Assembly (NCBI GenBank): GCA_043228905.1
Contig: JBHGNT010000003.1
Coordinates: forward strand, 19,406,001-19,470,000
Direction of reading: 5' to 3'
DNA: 64,000 nt
Source: Azolla caroliniana
Lineage: Eukaryota > Plantae > Polypodiophyta
The translations under genes were made by a program, and so were the position numbers. Within the stretch, counting starts at the first letter, position 1; each line of letters opens with the position of its first letter. Shown here piece after piece: positions 23,323 to 35,788 of the stretch. The notes beneath the pieces are model-generated. The model saw only the letters and a list, made by a program, of their open reading frames with translations, ran no database searches and was not told the origin of the DNA.

Positions 23323-25435
23323 CAGCCGGAAGCAGCCGACGGACACACACGAGGAGACACCGACACGGCTCCTGAAGAGCCCACTCCACCGACCGGTGCA
23401 GCAAGAAGCAGACACCCTAGCGGCAAGAATGAATGCCGGGACTCAGGAGGAGGAAATGGAGGAAGAACCCACGGAGCACCTCTAGCGACGGCCGGTGAAG
23501 AGCACCGCGTAATCAGCCGAGAAGCGTTTGGACCCACAGAAGGAGGGAACGCCCGCAAGTCACACTGAGCATCCCACGCCAAGGGAGGCACCGGAACCGG
23601 TTCGGATGGAACCGGTCACAGAAGTCCCTGCACAACAGGCAACATCGGCAAGCCCCGTAACTCAAGAGCCGGTTATACAAAGGCCAACCTTCTCAGCAGG
23701 CCAAGAACAAGCAAACAAGGGGCGGCTAGCCGAAACACACTCAGAACCGGAACGACAAAGTGGTCAGCTGGCAGAACCAGAAGTGCAGCTCGACGTAGTA
23801 AGGCGGGACCAGCCACCGGCGAGTGAACCCATCAGCCAACCCGCCGTCCAGACGCAACAACAGTGCATCGGCAGCCAATGGCTCCAGTGGATAGGAGAAC
23901 AAATTGCCGGAGTAGTCGGATGCATAGAGGCGGAGGAAAGAGCGCAAACGGAACGGTTGCTCGTCACAACTGATGAACTGGAGACGGCCCGGTCAAGGAT
24001 CCGGTGCCTCAAACAAGACTTGGATCGGATCACAGGAGACATGGCCAAAATGGCCTTAACCGCCACACAGGTCTAAGCACCAGTGACTCCGGTTGATGTA
24101 CATATGAATAAGACCCCGGAGAGGGACACTGTCCTGGAGAAAGATGCGGCGCAAGACCAAGAGCTTGCGGAATTACGAGATGAATCTGCCGCACAAGAAG
24201 CATTACGGTGCCGCGAACGCGACTTGAAGAAGGCGGCCGAAGAAGAATTAAAAAAGACTGTTGAGAACCTCCACTAGGCAGAGGAAAACCTGCGTAAAGG
24301 ACACCATGCTTATGACCGACTAAAGGAGGAAAAGGAGAAATTGTTGTAGGAAAAAGACAAGCTGCGACGGATGGCGGAGACGGAAATCGAGAGGCTGAAG
24401 GAGGAACTCCGTCAAAAGAAGGACCGGGAGGACCGCGCGCGCCGACAGATCAACCAGAGGCTGAAGGAGAAGACTGATGATTTTGATCATCTGCACTGGG
24501 ACTACAAGCAGTTGGAGACGAAGTATAAGTAACAGCAGGAACGGATGGCCGAGCTCCGGCAAGAAGTTGATAGGGCCACAACGGCACTCGCCAACGAACG
24601 AGCTGAGAGTTCCAAGCTATTGGAGGAAGCGGTGAATGACCGGATGGAGCTCCACAAATAGAACCATGAGGAGAAGGAAAGGGCGACAATGGTCTTACAG
24701 AGGTTGCAAACAACCTATCAAAGTCAATTGTCGCATTATAGGGAGCAGGAGGCAGACACGGTCTGAATCATCAAGCAATTTAAAGAGGAGCGACAAGCCG
24801 CAGAAAACAAATCACGGATGGGAGCCGAACGGATCCAGTGCATCCTCCGGTCATGGCTCACTAAGACCAAAAGCTTGATTGACGACAACTCTGTGCGTTG
24901 GTGGATGAAATGGGCGCAGAATATGGCGGAGCTCCAATTGCTCAGGGCGGACATGGAAAACCGGCGGAAGGAGGGTGACGACTGTTATACGCTGACATCG
25001 GAGGACTTCACCGCCATAACGGATGAACTAGCCGAAGATTTCACAGCCCTGGCGGATGAACAATTGGTACAGGTCCGACAGCTCGTAGCTCAACTGGACA
25101 ACGATCGGCTAGAGGCCCAAATCCAGTTTGAGAGCTATGAGCAGTCCCGGCTCCAGGAAGAAAAAGCGAGAAAGGCGGCAACGGTCAACCTTAGTGATGA
25201 GGAACCGTCGCCGGTACTAGGACCAGACGGGGACCAGGCCGGGGTCAGTCAGCCAGAGACAACTCCGACGGAGGAACCAACGAAGGAAACGCCGGTGCCA
25301 GAGCAACAAACGGAGCCGCAGCCCCAAACAGAGAAGGCACAAACAGAGCAGCAGCCACAACAGCAACAACAGATTCCTGACGAGCCATTGGAAATTTTGG
25401 AGCAAAGCATTCTGGACATTTTGGACGAAGCGTAA
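23323..25435 (+). pseudogene. extra ORF of element H, central and C-terminal part (low complexity, long coiled coil, helical domain, Q/E/P tail)
   Basis: Track ORFs 23528, 24083 and 24818 are in one frame separated by stops; E/K/R/L heptad-like composition. Confidence 0.65.
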
Positions 25436-25489
25436 AAGGGCCGGATAATGGGTTCGACGTACAAGGTACTGTCCCACGGGTGTGCCATG

Positions 25490-25950
25490 TGTTACCGGTT
25501 GGCAAGAAGGCTTAAGGAGGTCCAAACCAGAGTGTGAAAAGGAATAGTTTATTCGGGAACTGTTGTAATTAGTAGTCTTAATATATATATTAATATATGA
25601 GAAGATGTGGATGGACGGATTAGAATCGGTATGCCGATCCGGATCCGGACCGATCCTGAAAAGGTGCCGGTTGGCACCGTTTTGTATTTCGCACCAGAGA
25701 CTTATATAAAGGCCCGGTTACAATGTAATCGGGAGCGGATAATTAATAGAACTTATTTCCTTAATCTTTCAGTGTTGATTACCGTTCTGTGCTTATTGTA
25801 TATCTTACGCGTGTTAATGATGTATTGTTAAGTAATCGATTAAGGTCTAATTAAGCGTCGTGCCGTAAGTCATTCTGCTGTACCACCCTTTGGTGAAGTG
25901 TCTTAAGTGGACACCCTATGTTAGGCTGTTGTCCGGCCCTAGGAGTAACA
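25490..25950 (+). repeat. probable 3' LTR of element H
   Basis: TGTTAC...GTAACA inverted termini, TATATAAA at ~25703, abrupt junction into a gag frame at 25951. No partner LTR or clear PPT in the window, so the left end is uncertain. Confidence 0.45.
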
Positions 25951-28900
25951 ATGGACATTGATGTCCAAAACGTGCATATGCAGACTCGCCGAAACCTTCC
26001 TAATCGCGATGCCCAAGGACGCCCGGAAGTGTTTCTACTGCCACAATTATGGACACGTCCGACGTTATTGCCGGGAATTGCAGCAACAATCTCACAAGCA
26101 ACAAGCCCAGATAACCATGGCTGACGCCGCATCGTTGGCTAAGCTTCGGGGAAACTAACTTCCCGGGTACTGATGGAAGAGCTAGCCCCCCACATCCAAG
26201 CGTCCGCCTCTTCTAGTTCACAGGTATGCACCACTCTCGCCACCATTAATCACTCCACACACACCATCCTATTAGACTCTGGTAGTAGTATCTCTTCAAT
26301 TAGCACCTCCTTAGTTCACCAATTAGGCCTCCCCACGACCCCCGCTCCTTCCATCCAAGTCCTTTTTGGCGATCACCAAGATCTATACCACTCTCGCACG
26401 CAAGCCCATTGCACCGTTACCTTAGACACTCTCACATTCTCACACCACTTTTATGTCTTGCCCCACCAACTCTTCCCCCTCACCTTAGGTTGCGATTGGC
26501 TCCTCAAGCGTCACGCTATGATTGATTTCGATGCTCACAAACTGATTGTCCCACAAGCTCCCCCTATCCCCCTCCTTCACGATAGCCCCCATGTCCCCCA
26601 CCTCAGCCAAGTCCAGGTGGCCCTCAGTCCCAAGGAGTGGTTAATCTCTGTCCGCCAATTGTTAGCTTGTTTTCCGTCACTAGCCCCCCAACCCACGCAT
26701 GCCGCTAGTGTCTCTTTCTCGGTACAACATGTCATTTGTACCGGGGATGCCGCTCCCATCTGCATGGCTACATGCCGACGTTCCCCCCTCGACCACGATC
26801 GCATCGATGCTGCCGTCACCGATATGCTCACCAAAGGTATTATCATTCCTTCCACCAACGATTGGGTTTCGGAACCCCACCTCATCAAGAAGGATGATGA
26901 CACCTTCCGCTTTTGCATCGACTTTAGGCCTCTCAACAAAGTGACGATCCATGACCACTACCCCCTCCCCCGCATGGACGACCTCTTGGACCAGCTCGGG
27001 GGCTCCCGTTATTTCACCTCCCTCGACTTAGCCTCGGGATATTGGCAGATCTCCTTAAAGCCGTCTGACTCCCACAAGACCGCATTTCGCACACGACACG
27101 GCCTGTTCCAGTTCACCCGCATGCCGTTTGGCCTGTCTGACGCCGGCATCACATTCCAACGCATGGAAAAGTCCATCTTTGCCAACCTTATCAGTAAAGG
27201 TGTCCTCCTTTTTTATCTCGACGACATCCTTATCCACACGACCACTTGGGAGGATCATCTACAAACTCTCGCTGAAGTCCTCGCTTGCATAACTAAGCAT
27301 AACTTGCAACTCCAATGGAAGAAGTGTCGATGGGGAAGCACCAGCCTTTGTTTTGTCGGCTTCATCAGCTCTGGCGATGGAGTCCGTATGGACCCTGCAA
27401 AGGTAGCTGCTATCACCGACTACCCCCGCCCCACCTCAATAAAAACATTGCAACGTTTTTTGGACATGATCACCTTTTCCCTTCGCTTCATCCCGAACCT
27501 CACCTTGGTCACTTTCCCCCTCCGTCATCTCCTGAAGAAAGGTGTGTCATTCGTTTGGGATCCTGCTTGCGAAGACAACTTTCGTCGCCTCAAAGCAATG
27601 GTCCAGGAATCAGGGTTCCTCGCCCATCCTAACTTTGACAAGCCGTTTACGTTGCAGACAGATGCCTCTAACCATGGGTTAGGAGCCGTCCTGCAAACCG
27701 ATTGCCACAGGCAAGAGAAGGCGGTCGCCTTCATTAGCCGAACTCCCATGCCGGCTGAACGGAACTACTCAACCACTGAGAAGGAACTACTTGCGATCGT
27801 TTGGTCTTTCCAGTGTCTTCACCCATACCTTCATGGCGGGCACGTTATGGTTGAGACTGACCACCAACCCCTACTTTCTCTGATTCATCGACCTCACCCC
27901 TCAGGCCGCTTGTTGCGATGGACATTGGCACTTCAAGATTATCAGTTTACCCTCTCCTATCGAAAAGGTGTAACCAATTTGGTCGCCGATAGTCTCTCTT
28001 GCGCCGATTTCCAAGCTGTCCAATTTCTACCCGCGACGTCTAACCTTCCACTGCCACTACCACAACTCGCTACACTTCAGCAACACGACCCCGCCATCCG
28101 AGAGATAACCCATCAGTTGCGCTCCCTCCAACCATTTCCCTCACAACGACGGTTCATGCTCCGCGATAACTTGGTGTTCTTCATTCAGGCGCATCACGAG
28201 CCGTGTCTCTACATCCCTCATGCCCTACAACAGACGTATCTCCAATTTTATCACGACCACCCATTGTCGGGTCATCTGGGTTTCCACAAGGTTCTTGAAA
28301 AATTACGTCTCAAGTATTATTGGCCCAACATGCGACACTCGGTCTCTACCTACATCAACCAATGTGCTTTGTGTCAACGCATCAAACCTGTGAGCAGGCC
28401 CGACGGAACGCTCCAACCCATCACCGTCACATCGCCTTTCGAGCTCGTCGGATGGGATTTCATGGGACCTTTTCCCGAAACCCCCAGTGGCAACAAGTAT
28501 ATCCTGGTCATAATAGAATACCTCACCAGATGGGCTGAAACTGTTGCCATCCTTGACGTCACTACGCCAACAATCGCATCCCAACTTTTGCACAAGGTAA
28601 TTTTTCAATATGGTTGCCCTATCCAACTCTTATCTGATCAGGGCCGCTAGTTCCATGGGGACGTCCTCAACGCGGTTGCAACTCAACTTGGTGTCTAGCA
28701 GGTGTTTACATCCCCGTACCATCCGCAAACAAACGGCCTCACCGAATGCCTCAACAAGACCCTCAAGCAGGAAATTGCCGCTTACATCGATCCAGGCCAC
28801 AAAACCTAGGATCAAATCTTGCCTTTCGTCACCCATGCCTACAATACATCCGTTCAAGCGTCAACACGAATAAGCCCTTTTCGAGCACTCTATGGGCGTG

Positions 28901-29283
28901 ACCCTCAGCTCCCACTAGAACCATCCATTGACGTCCATTCTAAACCTACCAACATGGATGGTGCCACTTGGGGGCTCTATCTCCAACAACTGCTACCTCT
29001 CCTTCGACAAGCAAGCTCTCGAAACCTACAAGTCGCACAACAACGCCAAAAGCGACACTACGATGTGGGTCGAATTACCCCGACTTATGATGATGGAACC
29101 AAAGTCCTTGTTTACTTCCCGGTCCGGCGGCGCGGTCTCAACAAATCACTCATGCACCGATGGATCGGCCCATTCACCGTTGTTCGTGCAATCAAATCCA
29201 CGACTTACTTGCTCCGACGCGATTCCAATGGTCGCTTCACCTTCGCCCATGTTGCCCGCATCAAGCCCTATGCTACCCCAAGC
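25951..29283 (+). mobile_element. Gypsy element B internal region (gag tail plus pol), same family as the element at 1-1912; no LTRs seen
   Basis: MDIDVQN...RDAQGRP / KCFYCHNYGHVRRYC matches the gag at 643-1593. Confidence 0.88.
26152..29283 (+). pseudogene. pol: pol (PR-RT-RH-IN) in the -1 frame, with stops in the integrase
   Basis: LLDSGS, YLDDIL, QTDAS, HDHPLSGH, SDQG*, WIGPF. Confidence 0.92.
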
Positions 29284-30664
29284 CCTATGCTAGTTTTGGA
29301 TTCCATTTATGTGCATTTCACAATATTGTAAAAAACATCTATGTTTACACAATTTCGTGATGTACAATATAGTTCTACATCCTAAAATGCATATAAGACA
29401 TTTGAACATTTCACATTCTAAAATACTTGTAGTAATATGGATGTCGACATTCCCTTATTCTATAAATCAGTGTAAGTGTGTATCATGATGTTCTACTTCA
29501 AATTGTAATTATTTACAATTATGCCTTCATAGATTGAGAAATCTTCTACGATTATCACACTCATTATAGGTTTCTCTTTTCTTCGTTTTCTTCTTCTTCT
29601 TCTTCTTCTATCTACCACAATTATCACACTCAGGATAAGTTTATGTCTTCTTTTCTCTCTTCTTCTTCTTCTTCATCTTCTTCATCGTCGTCTCTTCTAT
29701 TCTTCTATTCTTCCTTCCTTGGGCTTCTTTTTCACTAAAATCTTTTTTTTTCTTTTGCTTTTTGTTAGGGTTTTACTTACATTTTCTTTATAAATACGTA
29801 TTATACATGTTTTTTTATAAATATGTTAAATACCGTATTGGACAAATGTACATGATATTTGATTGAACAACATTGAGGTATAGTACGTACTATACAAATG
29901 ATGAGGTACTATACGTATTTAAACGTTAAATACGGGTACGTAAAAAACCATGGATGCAACTAGTGAGGCATGTAAGGAAGTTGTATGACTCTTTAGACTA
30001 GCTAATGACATAGGCATATCTTCTGTTGTACCTATATTTCTTTGTGATAGAGCATCATTAATTTGGCTAAGAATCCAATCTATCATGCAAAGACCATGCC
30101 AATTCTTCTTACTGTTTTCGTCTTTACCCTTTCCTTTGTGCATCATCTTCCTCCTCCTTTGTGTTTGAGATCCTCACATTCAAAACACAACTCAACAACC
30201 ACCTAGATAATTAACATGTATCCCCCATATCATGACATTTGACCTGTATGATATGTCACCCCTCGTGGTGGACCTTTTTGGGTATTACTTGCAAATTGGA
30301 GTCAATAATGACATCTACGTCCTTCTATACCCTCTCTTGGGTAGTAATTTAAGGATGTCTCCAAGACAATGAATGTCTCCAAATCAAAAAATGTATCCAA
30401 ACCTCCTTTTCAATTGGCCAATGTTCCCACCACCCGCCCATGAGGAGCATATGCTCAGGGTCATGGCAATGTTCATCAACCAATATAATAAAATACTTGA
30501 TCTTGATATACAACCGTGATCCACATTCTACATCTACTTTGGATCCTCTTGGATGACCCTACCTTTTTAAGGCACCGCATTATCATAGATGTCACTATCT
30601 TCATTGGAACCTTTCCTTTGCCCTAAATCACAGACCCACCAACATCAACTAGCTAGAATCTAGT

Positions 30665-31084
30665 TTTGTGCAACAAGGAAGGATAATAACAAAACGACAA
30701 CTACTACTCAAAAACTAAGAGTTTGCCCTAAGTCATATTTATACTAATATGACTCTTCGGCTATTTACAAATGTAGCCTTGATGGGCTCTATCCGACTCT
30801 CTGCAGTCGGGTACTCCTCATCCGGTTCATACCGGGCCTACACCATCCGACTCTCTGCAGTCGGGTACTCCTCATCCGGTTCATACCGGGCCTACACCAT
30901 CCGACTCTCTGCAGTCGGGTACTCCTCATCCGGTTCATACCGGGCCTACGCCATCCGACTCTCTGAAGTCGGGTTCTCCCCATCCGGTTCATACCGTTTC
31001 GGCCTCGGCCTGTCGGCCTCGGCCGAGTTTGTTCGTCGGCACTGTTCTTCTCCCTTCCCATCCGGAGGGATCTGTCTACCAACA
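30665..31084 (-). repeat. truncated Copia LTR related to C1, with about four 54-bp U3 units
   Basis: TTTGCCCTAAGTCATATTTATAC and ...CCCATCCGGAGGGA...CCAACA shared with 8447-8857. Confidence 0.85.
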
Positions 31085-31731
31085 ATAACTACCCTCATTT
31101 GAAACATTATCGACTATGTTGAGACTCTATCCTCGTGGTGATCAACTCTTGAAGTGAACGCGCCAATACCAGGTACAACTTGATGCCACGACCGTGGTAT
31201 GGGACGCCGATCGAGGCTTGAGCCCATCTCGATCCCTTTGCTCTAGTGTGGTCGGGTGGATCGACACCCTTCTTTCTCTTTCTCCTTTCTTTTACATCTA
31301 ATATATTTATTATCTCATGCTTACAATAGGATCTAACTTTAATAGTTTGTATCCGAGCCTTTTTCCTAATGTTTCTTTTGTTGATTTGTTTTGTTCGATG
31401 GTGATCAATTGGCGTTTGTTCGAGATGGATCTAGACACACATCAACAAAGGACCTTTGGTATTTTCCTTTATTATTATTATTATTATTTCTATTCTTTCT
31501 TCTCCCATTCTAATCATGTTCATGTCGTATGCATATGAGGTCAATACCTCAATTGCTTATTACGTTCACGTACATATGCTACGTATTCATATGAGGTCAA
31601 TACCTCAATTGTTATATATTGGATATGCGATTTGTGTTATATGCGTAAGAGGTCAATACCTCGATTGCGTATTACGTTCATCCTTATTTTGGATGTTTGG
31701 TGTGCGTAGAGGCTATATGCCTTGATTACGT

Positions 31732-34700
31732 TGTCGTGAAGGATTTTCTTCATGATATAAAAATAAATTTAAATATTGAATTCAGTAATATTTCAAACAT
31801 TTGAACCCACAACCTTATAAACCAAGCACAATGTATATACCACTAGGGTAGACTATTTGTGTTTAGAAATGTGCTTCACTATATAAGAATAAACTTAAAT
31901 ATTGTATTAAGTAAAATTGAGGGACTTGAACCCTCAACCTTGTATATCAAGCACAAAGCATACAACACTAAGCTAGGTTATTTGTTTTAATATTATATCC
32001 ATCATTATACTTATCCCATATATATTTTCATACATGGGAGCTCAAATGAGCATGATGGCTATCATGCATCAAATGCAATGCATGTGGGCCAAATGGCGAT
32101 CATGCATCACATGTAACTCATGCATTACATGCATGCCATGCTCCTACACATTACCATATGCATGGCAATACTTATAAAAAGAGGGGAAGGGAAAACAGGG
32201 GAATCAAGAAGAGAAAACAAGAAATCAAATAATATAATCAAGCAAAGAAGCTAGTGCATTTGGGGAAATGTCTTGTCTCTCGGAGTTGAAGTCGAGGGTT
32301 CAAATCAAGAGTTGGTAGAGAACGGTTTCATCTTGTGATCGACATTATAACTTTGGTAAAATATTGTGTTGTTAATATAAACCTTGTTCTTATAATACAT
32401 TTTCACTTCTTAAATAATACATTGTCTCTTATCTCTTATCTATGCTCATCTGTCTCTTGCATATTACTTCTAACTCTTGTTCTTCCTATCCTTAATCTTT
32501 CTAACATTGTTGCACAAGCCTGATAAAATATATAGCCAACTCCTTTTAACCTTAGTCCCTGCAACTTCGCCGCATGAACCACAACTACCCCGACACATTT
32601 GGTGAACCCGATGTGAAGGCGGCGTCAAGGAAAAATGGAGGAGCAAATGAGGCTTATGTGTACGATGATGGAACGAATGATGCAAGCGCAAGGGATGATG
32701 GCAAGCATCGACAAAGCCGTCTACAATATTCTTGCACGAGTAGGAATCTTCGAAGGTATAAATTTAACAAGATATTTGAAGATTTAGAATGAAGAAATGC
32801 TTAAACGTGGTGTCGATGAAGCTTCCAAAATTAATAGCTTTAGTTGAGTCGTTGCGATTGGGCTACAACAAAGGATCTAGGAGCTACAAAGGGAGCATCA
32901 AACATGGGCAACTTTCGAAAGAGCATTACTGAATGAATACAACCTCAACGATATGTCAAGGATGCAAAGGCGTGCTTTCATGGATTGGGTAGAGTCTAAT
33001 AAACATTTAAGTGTTTTGGAAGTGTTAAAAGAGTTTTCAGAAATATTTGAGCAATTAAATGTTAGGGATAGAAATATAATAATGCTAGATAAAGTAATCT
33101 TGTTTCTACAAGCTACTAATATTAAAGACAGGAAAGACTTGGGAATGCTTCTGGAAGATCAGAATAGTCCTAGTGGACTTACCGAAGATTGGGAGGAGGT
33201 GAAAAGGGCTTGCACCCATTTATGTAAAAGAAAGTTATGGTTTATGGAGTTGCCGGAGAAGAAGGGAGACGAAACGGGGAACGACTCGGGACAGAAGAAA
33301 ATAGAAGATTCACTCTTGCATGAATTGGTGAAAGGCATGAAAGACCCGTCGATCAAAGTGACGAAGCTAGAATCGGGACAAAGCTCGACTTCATCAAGGC
33401 AAGGAGGTGGAATGGTCTGAAGGTGAATGTGGTGTGATAGTGTCGACCACCAAAAGAAAGACTGTCAAGAACATAGGGATTCTCTTAATCATGATAAAAT
33501 CTATTATAAAGATGGAAAGATTCACTCAACAAAGACTCAACAACCAATCCAGCTCAACTTCGGGAAAGGTGGAATGAAAAAGCTAATGGAAGATGCCAAG
33601 AGAGAAACGACTCAAGCGATACAATCCGTGACAACCTTAGGGTTGCGTGTAGAAGACTCATATGGTGGATCTGACTTTTGGCAGGGTGTGATGGAGTATG
33701 CAAGAAAAGGGAAGGTTCGAGTAGATTAATTAAAAAGAGCGGGAGATGAAATACGACACTTCACTGGATGGAATGATCCAGTAGACGCACTAACAGCATT
33801 CGCCCAAGTGAATGCACAAGATGTACTAGTGGAAGAGAAGCGAAAGAGAGTTGAGGAGGTTAATTTGGCAAAAAGGCATGAAGCACAAGAACAAAAGAGA
33901 AGAGAGATGGAAAAGGATGCTCCCGAGTCGAAAGAAGCTGATAAAGTAAAAGGGAAGACAAACCCAGCTTTCCATCTTGCTTTGGACACAGAAGACGTGA
34001 CCGATTTAAAACACGTCACGGAAGAAGTTATGAGAGTGTGTTCAACAACACTCCAAGATCTAGATCGTGACACCATCAATGTTGCAAGTGTAAAGAAGAT
34101 AAATAATATTGCAATTCATGAAGGGGATAGAAATCATTATACAAAGAACCATTGGGCTCAAGCAACAACAGAGGCGCCTACAAAAATTGCGGAGCAACAA
34201 ATTCCTTATATTTCTTTGATAGATCATGGATAAAAAATTAACATGATGTCTTCGGAATGTTATGCTCAAGGAAGGTGGCCAATCAATAAGAATCATGGGT
34301 CGAAGAAAAGAGTTGCAACAGAGATGACGGAGGATCTATTCGGAGCGTGTTCCAGTGTGAAAGTAATAATGGGAGATGTGTCGGTGGATCAAAATTACTA
34401 TGTGCAAGATAGATCAACCTACCCCATCATCCTTGGTCAACCATACAATAGCATAGTAAGTATGGAAACAAGGGATGGTGACCAAGGATGCTATTGTATG
34501 GTTGACGATTCGACTTTCGTGAGGATCAAGAGTCAGGATGGAAACAACTGTGATTAATGACGATTCGACTTTCGTGAGGATCAAGAGTCAGGATGGAAGA
34601 AAGACGGGCTAGTTCTTAACCATGACGTCTAACCGTGAAAGAAACAAAGAATGGTTGAAGGAACTCCAGTTCAAAAACGGAATGAACAGTTTTTTCAAGA

Positions 34701-35621
34701 TTTTGGATGAACTTTGCACAACCTGTGTACAAGTTCAAAGGGGGTGGGTGTCGTGAAGGATTTGCTTCACGATATAAAAATAAATTTAAATATTGAATTC
34801 AGTAATATTTCAAACACTTGAACACCAAACCTTATAAACCAAGCACAATGTATATACCACTAGGGTAGGCTATTTGTTTTTAAAAATGTTGTCAAGAATG
34901 TGCTTCATTATATAAGAATAAACTTAAATATTGTATTAAGTAAAATTGAGGGACTTGAATCCTCAACCTTGTATATCAAGCACAAAGCATACACCACTAA
35001 GCTAGGTTATTTATTTTAGGGTTATATCCATCATTATACTGATCCCATATATATTTTCATACATGGGAGCTCAAAAGCATGATGGCTATCATGCATCACA
35101 TGCAATGCATGTGCGCCAAATGGCGATCATGCATCACATGTAACTCATGCATTACATGCATGCCATGCTCCTACACATTACCATATGCATGGCAATACTT
35201 ATAAAAAGAGGGGAAGGGAAAACAGGGGAATCAAGAAGAGAAAGCAAGAAATCAAATAATATAATCAAGCAAAGAAGCTAGTGCATTTGGGGAAATGTCT
35301 TGTCTCTCGGAGTTGAAGTCGAGGGTTCAAATCAAGAGTTGGTAGAGAATGGTTTCATCTTGTGATCGACATTATAACTTTGGTAAAATATTGTGTTGTT
35401 AATATAAAACTTGTTCTTATAATACATTTTCACTTCTTAAATCATACATTGTCTCTTATCTCTTATCTATGCTCATCTGTCTCTTGCATATTACTTCTAA
35501 CTCTTGTTCTTCCTATCCTTAATCTTTCTAACATTGTTGCACAAGCCTGATAAAATATATAGCCAACTCTTTTTGACCTTAGCCTTGTGACTTCGCCGCA
35601 CAAACCACAACTACCCCGAGA
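31732..35621 (+). mobile_element. non-autonomous Trp-family element E (gag-protease only, TR-GAG-like)
   Basis: LTRs 31732-32595 and 34749-35621; PBS TGGTGAACCCGATGTGAA 32600-32617; PPT before 34749; TSD ACGT; no RT or IN. Confidence 0.92.
32635..34710 (+). pseudogene. degenerate gag-protease of element E
   Basis: FMDWVES, VILFLQA, GLTEDWEEVKRAC, MWCDSVDHQKKDC, HWAQATTE, LIDHG, YPIILGQPY; many stops. Confidence 0.85.
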
Positions 35622-35788
35622 ACGTATCTCGTTTACATCATTGATTGGGTTATGTTTGGTTAATGATTCTTTTATATATACACATGTGATTACATGTATA
35701 CGTATTTAATAGTATACATGTCATTAACATATATGTGTGTATATTAGAAATTTGTTACGTTATTGTAAAGAAAGAGATGTGTAGATGG

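Larger units (their letters stand above)
3974..25950 (+). mobile_element. non-chromovirus Gypsy element 'H', 3' part (integrase C-terminus, extra ORF, probable 3' LTR), split by a 17.7-kb nested insertion at 5622-23318
   Basis: Integrase tail at 3974-4533; the reading frame at 5449-5621 continues in frame at 23323 once the insertion and its 4-bp TSD are removed. Confidence 0.7.
31085..35780 (+). mobile_element. degenerate relative of element D (LTR 3' half, PBS, leader with hairpin array), interrupted by element E
   Basis: 31085-31345 aligns with 13133-13393; hairpin cores at 31537, 31593, 31649 and 31709; the leader resumes at 35622. Confidence 0.8.

Noticed and set aside
29284-30660. host gene or DNA-transposon fragment in the AT-rich interval
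   Set aside because: No ORF or motif that I could recognise in the frames examined; left unannotated.
31917-31977. functional tRNA gene
   Set aside because: No convincing acceptor stem, a weak D arm, and it is duplicated as part of both LTRs; reported as tRNA-like only.
34503-34600. 41-bp direct repeat in the protease end of E
   Set aside because: A local duplication in a decayed ORF with no sign of function.
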